Notes: generated by a model not told the origin, from the sequence alone. Counted from the first letter of the stretch, positions 37,777-51,289 are shown. The stretch is 64,000 nt of DNA from Macrostomum lignano (GCA_002269645.1 NIVC01003489.1:1-64000); one strand, 5' to 3'. A program made the numbers and translations.

Positions 37777-39356
37777 CCGCCTCTTGACCTGCCGATAGGC
37801 CGCCTCTAGAGGTGATAAAAAGCTGCCTTCAGAGCTGATAATAAGCAGCCTCCAGACTCGCCGATAAGCCGCCTCCAGACCTGCCGATAAGCCGCCTCGA
37901 GAGCTCTTAAAAAGCCGCCTCCAGACCTGCCAATGAGTCGCCTCCAAATCTTCCGATAAGCCACTTCCAGAGCTGATAAAAAGCCGCCTTCAGACCTGCC
38001 GATAAGCCGCCTCCAGAGCTGATAAAAAGCCGCCTCAAGACCTGCCAATGAGCCGCCTCCAAATCTGCCGATAAGCCGCCTCAAGAGCTGATAATAAGCC
38101 GCCTTCAGAGCTGATAATAAGCCGCCTCTTGACCTGCCGATAAGCCGCCTCCAGAGCTGATAAAAAGCCGCCTCCAGACCTGCCAATGAGCCGCCTCCAG
38201 ACCTGCCGATAAGCCGCCTCCAGAGCTGATAATAAGCCGCCTCCAGAGCTGATAATAAGCCGCCTCTTGACCTGCCGATAAGCCGCCTCCAGAGCTGATA
38301 AAAAGCCGCCTCCAGACCTGCCAATGAGCCGCCTCCAGACCTGCCGATAAGCCGCCTCCAGAGCTGATAATAAGCCGCCTCTTGACCTGCCGATAAGCCA
38401 CCTCCAGAGCTGATAAAAAGCCGCCTTCAGAGCTGATAATAAGCCGCCTCTAGAGCTGATAATAAGCCGCCTCCAGAGCTGATAATAAGCCGCCTCCAGA
38501 CCTGCCAATGAGCCGCCTCCAAATCTGCCGATAAGCCGCCTCCAGACCTGCCGATAAGCCGTCTCTAGAGCTGATAATAAGCCGCCTCTTGACCTGCCGA
38601 TAAGCCACCTCCAGAGCTGATAAAAAGCCGCCTTCAGAGCTGATAATAAGCCGCCTCTAGAGCTGATAATAAGCCGCCTCCAGAGCTGATAATAAGCTGC
38701 CTCCAGACCTGCCAATGAGCCGCCTCCAAATCTGCCGATAAGCCGCCTCCAGAGCTGATAAAAATCCGTCTCCTGAGCTGATAATAAGCCGCCTCCAGAC
38801 CTGCCAATGAGCTGCCTCCAAATCTGCCGATAAGCCGCCTCCAGACCTGCCGATAAACCGCCTCTAGAGCTGATAAAAAGCCGCCTTCAGAGCTGATAAA
38901 AAGCCGCCTCCTGAGCTGATAATAAGCAGTCTCCAGACTTGCCGATAAGCCGCCTCCAGACCTGCCGATAAGCCGTCTCTAGAGCTGATAATAAGCCGCC
39001 TCTTGACCTGCCGATAAGCCACCTCCAGAGCTGATAAAAAGCCGCCTTCAGAGCTGATAATAAGCCGCCTCTAGAGCTGATAATAAGCCGCCTCCAGACC
39101 TGCCAATGAGCTGCCTCCAAATCTGCCGATAAGCCGCCTCCAGACCTGCCGATAAACCGCCTCTAGAGCTGATAAAAAGCCGCCTTCAGAGCTGATAAAA
39201 AGCCGCCTCCTGAGCTGATAATAAGCAGTCTCCAGACTTGCCGATAAGCCGCCTCCAGACCTGCCGATAAGCCGCCTCTAGAGCTGATAAAAAGCCGCCT
39301 TCAGAGCTGATAAAAAGCCGCCTCCAGACCTGCCGATAAGCCGCCTTCAGAGCTGA
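37777..39356. repeat. 23-bp minisatellite (gccgcctccagacctgccgataa and variants) with higher-order duplications; degenerate copies extend to ~39980
   Basis: Directly visible. Confidence 0.93.
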
Positions 39357-41084
39357 TGATAAATCGCTAATTTGACTAACTCGAATTAGGGAATTATTTC
39401 TGAAAGGCGTAATCATAGCACTTGAAAAGTGAGATAAGCTGCCTTATTACCTGCGGGCAAGCTTTCTAGACCTGCTGATTTGTAAGCGGGCTCTAGACTT
39501 GCTGAAAAGCAGCCTTCCGACTTTTGACATGCCTCCTTTAGCCCTTTGCTGATAAACTGCCTCCAGACCTGTTGATAAGCCGCACTTGAAAGACTGCTAA
39601 GTAAAGTGCGATAAGCCGCTGAAAGACTCGCAGATGAGCTGCCTCCAGCCCCTTATGATGAACCGCTTCTACAGTAGATTTTTTTATAAGCCACTAATAT
39701 TTACCTCTGATAAGACGCTCGGAACTTGTTGAAAAGCCGCTATTATACAATACGAGCGTACATACCAATAAGCCGCCTCGATTCCTGTTGGTAAGCCACT
39801 AAGAGACCCTTAATATACTCATAGATCTGCCGATAAGCCGCCTTTAGACCAGTTAATGGAACATTACCCCTTTAATTGACTGACTAGTTAATGAGCCTCT
39901 TAATGTAGGGTGCAAGTTGGTGAGTAGATGAGAAACCACTTGATGCGTTGCATAAGAAGACAGCCAATAAGCCGCCAGTGGACAAGTTGATAGCCCACTA
40001 TCAACTTGGGCTAGAAAATTCTCTCGACTGCATTTTTTATGCGGCCGCGTCGCTTTGCAAACAGATTATGCGATATTCCTGAGAATTTTTTAGTCATTCT
40101 GTCTTCGTTTTAATCAAAAATAAGAATTGTTTTGTGTCTGCTGCAGTTTTTTCTTTGCTTTTTGTGTTGAAGCGATAAGTTACGAGCGTATGTTTCATGT
40201 TTATTGATCAAACAAAAGCATAGATATTTAGGCCTCCTAAAGTCAGTTCAGACTTCAGATAGCGCATTTTATCTACAAACATTGGCCCAGTTATTTTATC
40301 ACGATTTGCAGTAGCGTTTTTCTTTATCGCCTGCACCATTTTATGGTACTTTATTTTCGTATGTTGGTGACTGCTTTGACAACTAAGCAGCAAGCATTAT
40401 CTATATTAAAAGTGCATTTTCCCTCTGAGACTAAAAGATTCGATATAAACTTTATGGCAGTGCATGTTAATACCAAATAAGTAAGTAAAAATATTAGTAG
40501 AAAATGCTAAATGCCTAAAATACGAGTATTCACAAAAAAATCGATTAGAAACGGGTTCAAAATTCGAAGTGTATATCATACTGAAAAAGCCAGAATTTAT
40601 CTTATTCAAAATGTGTACAATCGTTATTAAAAAATCCAGGCTTTAGGGAAATGCCCCTCTTTCTCCCGTAGCCACCACAGAACTTACACAGAATGCTCAG
40701 TCGGCATTTGAGAGTAAATCTGGGTAGAAATAGATGCGCGCTCACACTACTTTTCCGATAAAAATATTTAGTAGCCATCGATAGACAATTTTTAATAGCT
40801 ATAATACGAGTATGGCTATACGAGTATAGGTAACTGCATGCATCAATACTAAAAAACAACAAGGCAAGAAAGTCAGAATACGAGGAACTTACTATACCTT
40901 TTAGCTTGCTACTTGTGCCTTCTTGTGAGCTATTTGGGCAGCGTAAGCAGGTACTGTGTTCGGCAAACAATTTAGGCGCCTCTGCGTGCAAGTTTGGCAA
41001 TTCAAAAGCATCGCATGAACTGAGAAGATCTAAGAAAAAAACAGTAAAAGAGAAAATTCTAACAATTGGAAACAAGGAGTGACT

Positions 41085-41300
41085 AAGGACTGATGGAATG
41101 GCTGAATGAGGACTGATGAAGTGACTGAATGAGGACTGATTGAGTGACTGAATGAGTGAATGAGGACTGATGGAGTGACTGAATGGGAATGAGCACTGAT
41201 GGAATGACTGAATGTGAATGAGGACTGGTGGAATGACTGAATGAGGACTGATGGAGTGACTGAATGTGAATGAGCACTGATGGAATGACTGAATGAGGCT
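41085..41300. repeat. Degenerate short tandem repeat (gactgaatgaggactgatgga-like)
   Basis: Directly visible. Confidence 0.85.
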
Positions 41301-42169
41301 GCATCACGTTCAGGTGAACCGTTGTGGACTTTTAAGCCTTCTGTCACTGCTTTATTTTTGACAACCACTATTGGCCAAACTTGCACGCAAAGGCGCCTAA
41401 ATTGGTTACTAAATTAACTAGGTAAAAAATCTGTGGCACAGAGTACTTGCTTACGCTGCGCAAATAGCAGCAAGCAAGAAGGTATAGTGTAAATTCTGTG
41501 GTAGCAGAATCGCTCCCAAACGGCTTTTATTTGAATTGAGAATATAAAAAACACTAGAATACTTTTACTTTTTCTATCTCTAACATATGTAGAAATACAT
41601 GTACGTGTACACATGATAGATAAATGAACTGAATGTAGTTAATAAGCACTGCCATATTCAGCATAAGAGTTATGACATTTAAGCGTACAATTTTTGCGAT
41701 AATATTCGCTTAACATATAATATTGCACTTTTCGAACAATCGGATTGCTTGCTGCTGCATCAGGGAAGGGCCTCCCTCTCGGTTATCAAAAAACCCTGAT
41801 GAACAGAAGTCAAGTCAAAAGGAAGCAGACAACTGGCATTATCTGTTACAAGCGGCTAACTTGAAAAATTATCTCAAACAGTTTTACTGCCACGTATAAA
41901 CTTTACTGATGAAACTAAAAATTCTGCCAAAAAGCCATTCGATTGATTGTCTGCTTCTGAGTCACAACGAGAGGGAATTGAGTTCTTTTTAGGAAGCTAT
42001 CAATGTCAAAAGGCCTAGCTTCCTTCACAAACCTTCTGAAGTACAATCGTTTATGAAAACTATAATACTCACTAACTGAGAATACATAAGCTGTATATTT
42101 CCTATTGCCAATTATTAATAGGAGGCTGGTAACTGGGAAAAATTCGGAGTACATTATTTTTGTACTGTT

Positions 42170-42202
42170 GCCCCCCGAAGGAGGGGGGGGCTAAATGGCT
42201 AG
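42170..42202 (+). other. Helitron 3' terminus: GC hairpin followed by CTAG
   Basis: gcccccc-gaagga-ggggggggc, 7 nt, then CTAG (42199-42202); canonical Helitron 3' end. Confidence 0.8.
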
Positions 42203-42265
42203 TCTAAATATACTAAATCTCTAAAGTTTGTATGCTTGTTTGCTTACTTGTCCATAACAGATGTC

Positions 42266-42318
<53 letters not shown>

Positions 42319-44259
42319 GTGATGGATTTTTTTAAAAACGGCTCAACCGATTTTCACCTAATTTGCACCATTCGATCACAAATTTTCAGCAATCGGTATG
42401 GTTAAAATTATTAGTGTCTACGCCATTTCCAAGTACAGTTAAATTTCAAAAACTGTATTTTTACTATCTAAATAGTGTATTTTTCTGGCAGTCAGAGCTC
42501 AAACTTCAATTTTATGTCTATGGACAATTTTTCTGCTTCTGCTGATACTCAAGTCCAGAGTAGGGAAGAGAGAGTGGTGAATAGAATTCTAACCAGCAGT
42601 CCTAACCAGAGGTCACATTGCTTAATCATCACTCTGTCTATCTATCGAAACTATCAAAACCATGGCCCGTCGTGGAGGTGCTAGCAATCTAAAAAGGAGC
42701 CGTGTAGCTAAGCAAAAACGTCAAAGCGAAGCGGAAGTCCAGCGCGAGGCCCGGTTGCAGGCTGGTCGCCAGCGCGAAGCTGAGCATCTGGCCAAGGAGT
42801 CTGCCGGGGACACTGAAGCCCGACGGATGCGTTGGAGAAACGTTTCAGAAAAGAGAAGGGCTTCTGAGACTGAGATTGAGCGACAAGCTCGATTGGACGC
42901 TGTCATGATGCGGTGTCGGCGTATTTCAGTTCGTGGGGAAGGAACAAACGGGTAAGTTAGTCTGCTTACAGTGGGTGTGTATCATTGAAGCTGGAGCTTT
43001 ATGGAAGCTTAATTTTTTCCAACTGACAGATCTGAAACCGGACAGGTCAGGCGTCAGGCCTGAGCAACCACAGGAGGTACCATTTAGTTCCTTGCAAGTT
43101 AGTTAAAATGCCTGGCGATGGTAATTGCTTTTTTTATTCTGTCTGCCATCAGTTGCATGGCATTCCTCTTGCAGCAGAGTTTCCTAATGCTGCAGTTTTA
43201 AGAGAGGTGCTCTCCTCAAGTCTCGAGTCTTTGTGCCACTTTTAAGTCATTGCTCAAATGTTGATTTAGTAATTTATAAGCATATAAACCAATTTCAAGC
43301 TGACGGTAGCTTAGTTACTCGCTACCCTGCCCCATGCAGCCTGCTTTGGCAGTTGTGAGAGTGCTTCATCACAATTTGCATTATGATTCACTGATATGGC
43401 AGCAGGAATCTCAACAATTAGTTGTTTGTGAAGAGGAATTCCCAAGTCTGGATACCAGCAGAGCACATGCTGTTGCCACAGATGCTGGTGCATCTGCATC
43501 ATCTGCTGAATCTCGGGTGAGTGGTGTCTCCAGGCCAAGGTGGAGTCGCGCTGCTCCAAATCCTGCTCCAAATGGTGGAACGGCCAATCTAGCAACCGGT
43601 GGTCTCTTGGCTAGCTCTGCTGAGCGTGATAAAGGAAGCTCAAGTTATCGGCCTCAGTAAGTTGTGTTTTAGGCACTGCTGTACACCTTGCGATTGCATG
43701 CTCCTGTTTTGGAAAAATATATTGAAAAGGCCTGAACAGGCCTTCGGCAGTAGCTCACTGAGCCGGCCTCTGCTGCTGCAACGGAAAAGTTTGCATTGAG
43801 TCGCTCAGTGTTCCGGAGGAGCTCAGGCAATTTTACCAATGCGAACGTTTCCAACATCCAAGAAGCAGCGTGTTCCTGCTAAACATCAGGAAATACAACG
43901 CAGCGCTGCACATGACGTCCTTCGGAGTAAGGGAGCGGCAAATGCCTGGAGGCTGCCCCAGCGTGATCATCAACGGCAAGCTGCATCATAGGATTGGCAG
44001 TCTGTTGCCTCAGAAAGATACTCCGGCCAAGTCCATGCAGATTTTCTTTTGCGACTCGGAGCTGGACACGCGAATGTCGATGGTACATGCAGGGACTAGA
44101 CCGAGAGCTGCTGCAGCTACTGCAAGGCGTTCTGCATCGCGAAAACTCGTACGTGCGCACCTTTAAGGCAGTAATTGATGCTGTCAAGGAGAAGCCTGAG
44201 CTGCGGCAAGCGTCGATTGTATTTCACGCTGACAAAAAGACGAAGGAGGAGCATATAAA
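42203..44259 (+). mobile_element. Helitron module D (TC 5' end, charged exon, degraded OTU, Rep-N exon), 3'-truncated
   Basis: TCTAAATATAC start, (tgtc)n, aaaacggctcaaccgatt as in module C; SEAEVQREARL; MPGDGNCFFYSV (43108) and VLHHNLHYDSL (~43360); LLNIRKYNAALHMTSF. Confidence 0.82.
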
Positions 44260-45214
44260 GTGAGTTTGTTAAAATAATGTATGTAGTGCTAAAATGTAGA
44301 ATTTGCATTTAGAATCTGAATTCTAAATTACTTATCAACAATTACGCCCATATTTCGCTACCTAAAGTATCACCCTAGCAGGCGACTTGTATTTAACTTA
44401 CATCTCCGAACATGTACAGTAGTTACTTCTTCCCTGCCAGGACTCCATCCCCGGTGGGGGACTGTTATTGTATCCAGCCTAGAAACTTCCGCGTACGAAT
44501 AAGCAACACATTCTCTAATTAGGCATTAAAAGTCCAGTTCACATATCCGATACTTCTCGAATATTCATGAATTCTACAATTTCCATTAAATTGTTTACAA
44601 ATAATAAGCAAACAGCACTGTAAATACCCGCGCCTAATTTTTCCACTCGGAAAATTACCAAATAAACAAACAAAAGAGCCACACCTTTACGCCTTATTTA
44701 TTTGAATTCGCTACAGGCCTGTTTGGTCTTATACAAACCAAATTCTGCCGGTTCGAAGCCTCAACTTACCAAAAAAACTTGCCTGACCTGATCAAACTTA
44801 CTTGAAGTAAAAGTCAAAATAAACTGCAATCTAAAAAGAATTTTTTGTAATGGATACGGTTCCCATTTCCTATTTTGTATTTATATTGCAATATATAGTT
44901 TTTTATAATTTATATCATTATACGCTCGTATATTCCAACTGACATTGCGAGCAAGTCAGAAAGTTTCTATCCAGTTTCTTGGCAAGAAAAATAAAGTTAG
45001 GAAGAGTTCTGTCAATATAGCCATTAAAAATGCCTATAATGCAGAAGTAGTCGTTCGCTTACCTTGCCTTTTGGAGGTGGTTAGTTAGCATGGGACGCGC
45101 TAAAAAATAAGAAAATTATTTTGTTTGCGGCTCTGCACACTCGTCTCTTCAAATTAGCTGCGCTCTCGAGGCGCGAACGTGTCAAAGCCCTGTATTGGTA
45201 GGCTGGCCTTTGGG

Positions 45215-46312
45215 CCATAGACAATTTTTTTCTAGCACCAATCAAGTTTTGACTACAAGCCGGGAGAGGAATCGATTTTAATACGACGTAAAGTTGTCTA
45301 TGGCTTTCGTCGTTCGTTTTTAAAGCACACAGAGAGCAGGAAAACGAGCTTATTACCCACTTAGGCCCGGCCATAGACTAAGGAAAGCATTTATTTGATG
45401 CGAAAGAAATTTATCTGGCCGGGCCCGAGTACTTTAGAATTTCTGTTTGAACGAAATAACGTGTAAGAAACGAAGAACGAACGAAGAACTGCACTTTTGT
45501 CATTAAGTTCTCGAAAAACAAACATTGTTAATCGAAAGTAATCGTGACCTTATTCGATTCACCACAAATCTCGATTCGCATCTTCTTAGGACTAGGACTC
45601 TCGGAGTTGACGGCGACAGTTGACTGTCCTCCTTGGTGGGCAACAACATTAGAAGAGGTAACAGTAGTAGTTCCAGTGGTAGTACGAGTAATGACGGCAG
45701 AGGCCTGGCTCTGGCAGACCATGTGGGTAATGGAATCTCCACCAGCGTTGATGTTTGTCACTTGGTTCTCGTCTCTTGCGGCAACGATTGCCGATGCCTC
45801 CTTATTCTTAGTGACGGTACTTCAGAAGATAATTAAGATCTTGCTTCGTCATCCCAGAGAGACCTTTAGGACCATCAACGATGGACCACTACCCGTTGAC
45901 CAACCAGTCTTCTTCTGCTTATTCCAATGCTTGAATACGCCGACGATCTAATCAGCCTTCTTTTTAGTATTTTCTGGTGTCGCTTTATTCAGTTGCAAAT
46001 TCAACTCCAACTCGTTCATATCATCGCATGCCGACTCGAAACCACTACATCACGGTGTTTGTCGCCTTCGGCCACCATGAACAGTCAAGATTAAAATCCA
46101 TGTCCGGCAGAGTCAAGTCAAGTAAGTCGTCAGGAATACTCATTGTGATTTTTTGGTTGGATATGTCGTTGGTAAGTACGTTGCAGGATTTCATCTTAAC
46201 TTTCCTCTCGCTTGACACGAACAGAGTAATAAATACATCATTCCCCACTTGTTTTATTCATTTTGATCGTAAGCGGCTGAGGACGCGTTTATTGGCCGAG
46301 GCGAAGCCGAGG
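45215..46312 (-). mobile_element. Internally deleted Crypton-like element (N-terminal and C-terminal remnants, catalytic domain missing); ends approximate
   Basis: Minus strand TPENTKK..D*IVGVFKHW and MTKQDLNYLLKY; C-tail SPKKMRIEICGESNKVTITFD* parallels Crypton-1 PAKKMRVNIDDGNNLISIEFE*; exact 25-bp match 46288-46312 to 22119-22143. Confidence 0.65.
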
Positions 46313-47326
46313 GATAACTTAAAATTGGATACAACTACACATCTTACAAAGTAAACCTTTAAGAATTGAGGAATTAAGAAATTAGTCTTCTTAGACCTAA
46401 TTTTTAGAGACGGAGTTTTTTATCTCAATGTAAGCGGTGAAAATCAAAACATGGCTTCAGAATCTGCATGGTAGCGTGACATAAAAATTGAGGGTCTGAG
46501 AGGGTGGACCAGCAACTGAGGATTTGGGGGGTGGCGAAATAACAGAGGGTGGCAGTCGCTCAAGTCAAGCTCTGCTTGTAACAATGGTGAGGGGGGGCAA
46601 AATAATTAAGTGTAAGTCAAGTTAAAGTAAAATATGTGGTTTGCCAAATCATAAAGGGGATGTAAACTTAAGAGTCAAAATGGAGCCCGAAACATTAGGT
46701 CCCGATTTCTCTACGCAAATCTCTTCCTTTGGAGCCAAATAGCTCCCGTTATGCCTAATACATGTATCTACCACTTTAGCATTTGGGAATCTCTTTGGGG
46801 AGAAATGTGATAAATGGGAATTTCATGCCGGAGGCAAATAGAGGGTTCAGACACCAGCCTTTATCTGCTGAAGATACATGTAGGTCCCAGGCGTGAGACA
46901 ACGCCTGGCCTGTTTCATTCATCACTGGCGAGCTGAATACACCTTCGCGAGCTGGCCGGCAGCTCGGCCTCCAAATAGTTTTCTTTATCTCAGTTTGCAC
47001 CTGCCCTGGACATTGGATATCAAACTGGATTGAGCGGCATTGCACGGCTTTCTCTGCTGTATTTTTGACACTTGAAATGATCGGGTGATCGACAGGCTGC
47101 AATTGGCTGCTGTTGGCTGTCTGGACACTAGCAAATATTGCTCGAAAAATCGGGTCCCATCTTCTTCATAGGCCGCTACAGTGTATGAATTTTTTGATCA
47201 GCCAATGGCAGAGCGGCCCTGCGACTACCCTACATGCTCATGGGGCTAATATATTAAGCTTGCCTTCTAATTAAAAAGGTTTAGTCTTGCGTCTGCAGCA
47301 TCTTCCGCAGCAATCTGAGTTCTACA

Positions 47327-48064
47327 ATGAATGCAAAGGCCGGCCTTATTCTTTACAGTCTCTCTGCCTGTCTCATTGCTGCTCAAGAGATTGAGCAGTG
47401 CTTCAGACAACTCACCAATGGCTCCCTCTGCATCCGCAGCGCCTTCACCCGCAACCTGAGCGGCATCACCTCGGACCTGCCGTGCTCTCTGTATTGCGGC
47501 TCCGATCAGCGCTGCCAGGCCTTCACCACCGCGGACGGTCTGTGCCAGCTGTTCGTGTTCGACAAGTGCAGCAAGTCGGTGAGGGACTGCAGCTGCTCCA
47601 GGAGAGGCCGCCTGTTCGTGAAGCGGCAGCCGGGACTCTCGGCGGGCTCGCTGTGTCCTGTGGGCTACGGCGACGAGCTGTGCGGAGTGAAGTACCGGGT
47701 GCTGAAGAACAACGCAACTTGGGCGGTTCAGAGAGGAAGGTGCGAGTCGGAGCCAGGCCTGGTGATCATGGCCGATGTCGCTGACGCAGCTGAGCTGAGC
47801 CACGTGAATGTCCTGTTTGTCGCTCACTCCCCCACCCATCCAATGTACCTGGGCGGCTACCGGGTGTTTCCGGGAGCCCAGGTGACAGATGGCTGGTTCT
47901 GGGTCGGCTGCAACATCACGATCGGCTCTGTGTGGGGAACTGGTGAACCGAGTGGATTTAGCGAAATGGCCACCGCTCGATACCCGACCGTATCAGACGT
48001 AGTGGACATCACCGATATGGGTCTCTTTGGCGCCCTTTGTGAATGCGTATCGCCTTTCGACTGA
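47327..48064 (+). CDS. Secreted PAN/Apple + C-type lectin domain protein (245 aa, single exon)
   Basis: Signal-peptide-like N-terminus; PAN pattern CSLYC...RCQAF...CQL; CTLD pattern CPxGY, TW...C, YLGG, WFWVG, WGTGEP, ALCE. Confidence 0.8.
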   Translation: MNAKAGLILYSLSACLIAAQEIEQCFRQLTNGSLCIRSAFTRNLSGITSDLPCSLYCGSDQRCQAFTTADGLCQLFVFDKCSKSVRDCSCSRRGRLFVKRQPGLSAGSLCPVGYGDELCGVKYRVLKNNATWAVQRGRCESEPGLVIMADVADAAELSHVNVLFVAHSPTHPMYLGGYRVFPGAQVTDGWFWVGCNITIGSVWGTGEPSGFSEMATARYPTVSDVVDITDMGLFGALCECVSPFD

Positions 48065-48589
48065 GTCTGTTGTCGCACACCGTCTCTGTTGAAAATGTCA
48101 GAAGCCACGTTTTGGAAACGGACCCTAAGAACTGGTTAAACTGAGTTTTAAAGATTGCGATTGCCGAAACGTATTTTGCCTTTGACGCACTGCCACCCGT
48201 TCCTCACAGGTTTCGCTGTGTTCTGAGCATGCCCGCCTCACAACTGTCACTTTCAGTTGATCTCCTTGGCTGCCACATGGCTCCCACCGAGCCTGAAACG
48301 AATTTGCCTCTGGCTTTTCAAACAGAATCGCAGCTTCTCTTTTCTAAGAAATCAAAAATTGCCAAATTCTCTTGCAGATTTTCCTCCACTTCAATGAAGT
48401 TAGAATGCGACTTGACGCTTGTATTCTTGGCTATTTTTTATGGATGCAGTCAGAAGTACAGGCCTTGTTGTAATTAATGTTTTATCTGCTCTTGTTACTA
48501 CAAACCGGTTGGATCTGAGATTTCATTTCACCTCCCACTTCGAGCAGAAAACCTTGGCTGTTTCCCTTGAATCGTGTACCTGACGCTGT

Positions 48590-49697
48590 GTTCCTTGAAT
48601 TTAATTCTTGTACCTGTAGCCGTGCTCCTTGAATTTATATCTTGTACCTGTAGCCGTGCTCCTTGAATTTATATCTTGTACCTGTAGCCGTGTAACTTGA
48701 ATTTATATCTTGTACCTGTAGCCGTGTTCCTTGAACTTATATCTTGTACCTGTAGCCGTGCTCCTTGAATTTATATCTTGTACCTGTAGCCGTGTTCCTT
48801 GAATTTATATCTTGTACCTGTAGCCGTGTTCCTTGAATTTATATCTTGTACCTGCAGCCGTGTTCCTTGAATATATATCTTGTACCTGTAGCCGTGCTCC
48901 TTGAATTTATATCTTGTACCTGTAGCCGTGTTCCTTGAATTTATATCTTGTACCTGCAGCCGTGTTCCTCGAATATATATCTTGTACCTGTAGCCGTGCT
49001 CCTTGAATTTATATCTTGTACCTGTAGCCGTGTTCCTTGAATTTATATCTTGTACCTGTAGCCGTGTTCCTTGAATTTATATCTTGTACCTGCAGCCGTG
49101 TTCCTTGAATATATATCTTGTACCTGTAGCCGTGCTCCTTGAATTTATATTTTGTACCTGTAGCCGTGTTCCTTGAATTTATATCTTGTACCTGCAGCCG
49201 TGTTCCTTGAATATATATCTTGTACCTGTAGCCGTGTTCCTTGAACTTATATCTTGTACCTGTAGCCGTGTTCCTTGAATTTATATCTTGTACCTGTAGC
49301 CGTGTTCCTTGAATTTATATCTTGTACCTGCAGCCGTGTTCCTTGAATATATATCTTGTACCTGTAGCCGTGTTCCTTGAACTTATATCTTGTACCTGTA
49401 GCCGTGTTCCTTGAACTTATATCTTGTACCTGTAGCCGTGTTCCTTGAATTTATATTTTGTACCTGTAGCCGTGTTCCTTGAACTTATATCTTGTACCTG
49501 TAGCCGTGTTCCTTGAACTTATATTTTGTACCTGTAGCCGTGTTCCTTGAACTTATATCTTGTACCTGCAGCCGTGATCCTTGAACTTATATCTTGTACC
49601 TGTGGCCGTGTTCCTTGAACTTATATCTTGTACCTGTGGCCGTGTTCCTTGAACTTATATCTTGTACCTGTAGCCGTGTTCCTTGAACTTATATCAT
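48590..49697. repeat. 34-bp minisatellite (ccttgaatttatatcttgtacctgtagccgtgtt) x~32
   Basis: Directly visible. Confidence 0.96.
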
Positions 49698-50249
49698 CTA
49701 AACCAAATATATTTTTGACTAGATTAATTGATTTTATCAAATGGACTCCACGCAGTTTAGCTCGTGTTTCTAGCAAACAGAAATCGATCATTTTTTCTGA
49801 AGCCCTGCGTTTTCTCCTGGGTCAGCATAAAGCACAAAAATACAGCCCAAATATGAGGAAACATCGCTGCATATTTGCATATTGACAGTAGCTGACTGTT
49901 ACCCCTCACCCAAATCACCTCCGGTTGCAGGTGCACCTGAATCGAATTTTTTATTGTGCTGATAATTACACATTAAACTTAGTCAGGATCATTTGTTTAC
50001 GAGCGTGAGATAAGCAAAAAGTTGGATTAAAAATATTTTTTCTCCATTCTTCCAATCTCCAAATGGATTGACTTCATCTAGCTCTCCCAGCCTCATAATG
50101 CAGCCTCACTTTGGTATGGCTAGCTATTTTTGTCGTTTTATTTCGCAGAAATTATCTTGTAGCTGTGCGGAGGTTGAAAAACAACTCAATATTTGATGGA
50201 GCAATTTTTGTATGGGCTCCACATCAGCCTCTTTAATAATTCATGCCAA

Positions 50250-50830
50250 TATCTACCATCCGTAGCAGGATGAAGTTTCTATATCCGCTTCCAGAAACAA
50301 CTGCTGTGGGATTTGGGGAGCCTGCAGCGTTCCGCTGAGGCGCTTAAGCTTGACGATGGGCCATGCAGATTCCCCCTCCTGCCCATTTAATCCCAGTTTG
50401 ATCCCAGTTGATTGATTCTTTTTATGCAGGCAGATATTTATCGACGCATAGCTGAGACTCACATATAGATGCTGGCTTAAAACAGTTGCCATGCGCGGCC
50501 AGTGCATCGAAATTGTTGACAACGTAAATTTGTAGCTGGGGACAGCTTGGCCAGCACCGGCTAACAAGAGCGACTTTTTTCCGGCTTCTCTTCAGTCTTA
50601 AATCCAGTAACAATTTTGCCAATCAGCAGTTCACTTCAATTAGTATGCTCAACTATGAGAATTGCGTGTATGAATCAGAAGCAGATCTTGAGGCCCAGTG
50701 ACCACACGTTAAGGTCCTTGCGAGTCCCTGTGAGTGAGAACTCGTCAAAGTCCTCTTGCAACATCTGGAGACACTGGAAAGCATTTTTTGGGATGAAATC
50801 ATGGCCAGGGCCACCATAGCGCCGCGTAAA
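50250..50830 (-). pseudogene. Possible degraded KDZ/Zisupton-like transposase fragment
   Basis: VVNNFDALAAHGNC and GLNGQEGESAW weakly resemble the KDZ FHAxxHxxxC and GxxxGExxE motifs; multiple stops. Confidence 0.25.
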
Positions 50831-51289
50831 TGCATTTAAACAATCTGAATGTGTTCTTTTATTTTGCGGTAGATCGACAGCAGCAATTTGATGTTAAGTG
50901 CTTCCATTCTAAGTAGAAAATAAATAAGGCCTTGAGTTACTTCATCCACTGACTCCCCAGCAACAGATTAGTCTACTTTTTTGCAGATACGCTTGTCAGA
51001 ACTATTGTTCATTGGCAAGCTGGCACAAGTGGGTGCTGGTATTTTACCCGGCCCAGCCACTGCGGCCAAACGACCAAACGGCCCCCATGCCTAGCCGACA
51101 TAATATGAGAGGCTTGTTTCTTATTTTAACATCAAATCTAAATATTTTAATGAAAAACAAATGCATGAATTACTATTGCCTCCGTATTTATTAATATCCG
51201 GATTTTACCCTCTGCTTTTAGATCGATTCACTATTTGTTATTTTCTAATTTTTTAAATTGTGATTTAATCTTAACGCTTTTACTTGACT

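Noticed and set aside
40200-42160. Short minus-strand ORFs as a host gene
   Set aside because: AT-rich, no domain recognised, and I could not build a phase-consistent exon chain.
46776-47102. 108-aa minus-strand ORF
   Set aside because: No motif or splice support.
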